Source: Rhabdothermincola salaria
Lineage (GTDB): Bacteria; Actinomycetota; Acidimicrobiia; Acidimicrobiales; Acidimicrobilacustridaceae
Assembly (NCBI RefSeq): GCF_021246445.1
Contig: NZ_JAJQXW010000001.1
Location: 1,630,168-1,694,167 of the forward strand
Reading direction: 5' to 3'
DNA length: 64,000 nt
The notes below the pieces were generated by a model. The model was not told where the DNA came from and searched no databases. It was given only the letters and a program-made list of their open reading frames with translations. This document shows positions 62,204 to 64,000 of the stretch, piece after piece. The translations under genes and the position numbers were made by a program. How positions within the stretch are numbered: position 1 is the first letter of the stretch; every line of letters begins with the position of its first letter.

Positions 62204-63193
62204 ATGGCAGAGACCAACGACTCCCAGCCGGATCGCAACCTCGCGCTCGACCTCGTGCGTGTCACCGAGGCAGCCGCCATGGCCGCCAGCCGGTGGATGG
62301 GTCGGGGCGACAAGGAGGGCGCGGACGGCGCGGCGGTCGACGCCATGCGCCTGGTGCTCGGCACCGTCGCCATGGACGGCATCGTGGTCATCGGCGAGGG
62401 GGAGAAGGACGAGGCGCCGATGCTCTACAACGGCGAGCGCATCGGCGACGGCTCCCCGCCCGAGGTCGACATCGCCGTCGACCCGGTGGAGGGGACGACC
62501 CTCACCGCCAAGGGGCGGGGCAACGCCATCTCGGTCATCGCCCTGTCCGAGCGCGGCACCATGTTCGACCCGGGCCCCTGCGTCTACATGGACAAGGTCG
62601 CCGTCGGCCCCGAGCTGGTCGGAGCCATCGACATCGCCGCCTCGCCGACCGACAACCTTCGCGCCGTGGCCCAGGCCAAGCGGGTAGCCGTCACCGAGGT
62701 CACCGCGGTCATCCTCGAGCGTCCCCGCCACGACGACCTGATCGCCGAGGTCCGCCAGGCCGGGGCCCGCGTTCGGCTCATCCCCGACGGCGACGTGGCC
62801 GGGGCCATCTCGACTGCGTGGCCCGACTCCGGCGCCGACATCCTCTTCGGAGTGGGCGGCACCCCCGAGGGCGTCATCACCGCCGCCGCCCTCAAGAGCA
62901 TGGGCGGCGAGATCCAGGCCCGCCTCTGGCCACGCGACGACGCCGAGCGCCAGGCCGCACTCGACGCCGGCTACGACGTCGACCGGGTCCTCGGCACCGA
63001 CGACCTGGTCGCCGGTGACAACTGCTTCTTCGCCGCCACCGGCATCACCGACGGCGACCTCCTCAGGGGCGTGCACCTCGACGCCAGCAGTGCCACCACG
63101 CAGTCGCTGGTGATGCGCTCCAAGTCGGGCACGGTGCGGCTGGTCAACGCCCGCCACCGCCTCGACAAGTTCCGCTCCCAGTACGGGAGCTGA
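62204..63193 (+). CDS. glpX: Class II fructose-1,6-bisphosphatase
   Basis: [44 protein letters not shown]. Confidence 0.98.
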   Translation: MAETNDSQPDRNLALDLVRVTEAAAMAASRWMGRGDKEGADGAAVDAMRLVLGTVAMDGIVVIGEGEKDEAPMLYNGERIGDGSPPEVDIAVDPVEGTTLTAKGRGNAISVIALSERGTMFDPGPCVYMDKVAVGPELVGAIDIAASPTDNLRAVAQAKRVAVTEVTAVILERPRHDDLIAEVRQAGARVRLIPDGDVAGAISTAWPDSGADILFGVGGTPEGVITAAALKSMGGEIQARLWPRDDAERQAALDAGYDVDRVLGTDDLVAGDNCFFAATGITDGDLLRGVHLDASSATTQSLVMRSKSGTVRLVNARHRLDKFRSQYGS

Positions 63194-63285
63194 GCGACCG
63201 GTCCACTCTTCCGAGCGGCCTCGGTCCGAGCGGGCCGGGGCCGCCGGGTGGGGTTCCGCGCTGGGACCCGAGGGCCTGACCGGCC

Positions 63286-63313
63286 CGACGGGCGGGCGGT
63301 GGCCCGCCCGTCG
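63286..63313. terminator. Hairpin between convergent glpX and desaturase genes
   Basis: CGACGGGCGGGC-GGTG-GCCCGCCCGTCG. Confidence 0.6.
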
Positions 63314-63315
63314 CC

Positions 63316-64000
63316 TCAGCGGTCGATGACCGGGAACTGCTTCTGGCTGCGCTTGGCGACGCGAGCCAGCTCCTCGGCGGGCTCGATCGTGCGGTGCAAC
63401 AGCTCGTCGATGGCCACCTTCTGGGTCTCGATGGCCAGGTCGAGGGCGTCGCGGTCGGCGGCCAGCCCCTCCCCTGCGTCGTCAGCGGTGGCCGACAGGG
63501 CGGCGATGCGGTCGTCGACCCGCGCGTGGGCCACGTAGGCCTGGGCCTTGGCCCAGTGCGCCTTGTACATGCCCACGTCGAAGTTGCCGTCGGCGATGCG
63601 GTTCGACTGGAGGATCTCCTGGGTGGGCACCTTGAGGTCTTTCACGATGCCGACCCAGCTGAGGGCCTTGAGGATGTACCAGGTGACGTCGAGCTCCCAC
63701 CAGAAGAAGCCGTTGCGGGCCGACGACTGGTAGTAGTGGTGGTTGTTGTGCCAGCCCTCACCGAGGGTGGTGACGGCGATGAGCAGCGAGTTGCGGCTGG
63801 TGTCGTCGGTGACGTAGCGACGCCGACCCATCACGTGGGCCAGGCTGTTGACCAGGAACGTGTTGTGCCACAGCACCACGGTGCCGAGGAAGAAGCCGAA
63901 GAACAGCCCCGACCACCCGGCGATGAGGAAGCTGGCCACGCCCAGCACCCAGGGGAACATGCCGTCGTGGCGCTCGACGAAGCGGATCTCGGGGTACTTG
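63316..64000 (-). CDS. Acyl-CoA (delta-9) desaturase, 5' truncated by the window edge
   Basis: VNSLAH, His box TLGEGWHNNHH, WWELD. Confidence 0.92.
   Translation of the reverse strand, partial: KYPEIRFVERHDGMFPWVLGVASFLIAGWSGLFFGFFLGTVVLWHNTFLVNSLAHVMGRRRYVTDDTSRNSLLIAVTTLGEGWHNNHHYYQSSARNGFFWWELDVTWYILKALSWVGIVKDLKVPTQEILQSNRIADGNFDVGMYKAHWAKAQAYVAHARVDDRIAALSATADDAGEGLAADRDALDLAIETQKVAIDELLHRTIEPAEELARVAKRSQKQFPVIDR

Overview
High-GC actinobacterial chromosome segment, most like class Acidimicrobiia (inferred from gene content and protein style). It is mostly core genome: metY, ilvB-ilvN-ilvC with a leader-peptide attenuator, ilvD, gatCAB, ligA, iscS-mnmA, a PASTA Ser/Thr kinase, galT, mscL, meaB, murA, glpX, several transporters, a REC-PP2C / CHASE3 kinase / response regulator module and small catabolic clusters. 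I found no rRNA, tRNA, CRISPR, transposase or phage genes. Signals the gene list does not explain: (1) two unrelated secreted proteins end in the same 14-residue tail TAAxPxxVTPRFTG-stop with no membrane anchor, a candidate undescribed C-terminal surface-sorting signal; (2) a ~500-bp block with sharply lower third-position GC spans the junction of an intact lipoprotein / secreted-protein gene pair, a candidate variable cassette; (3) a dispersed ~55-bp palindromic intergenic repeat family; (4) a 182-nt rod-like hairpin after gatB; (5) an Rrf2/IscR-like operator over the metY promoter; (6) pervasive leaderless promoters. Product calls come from motif recognition only, with no database search.
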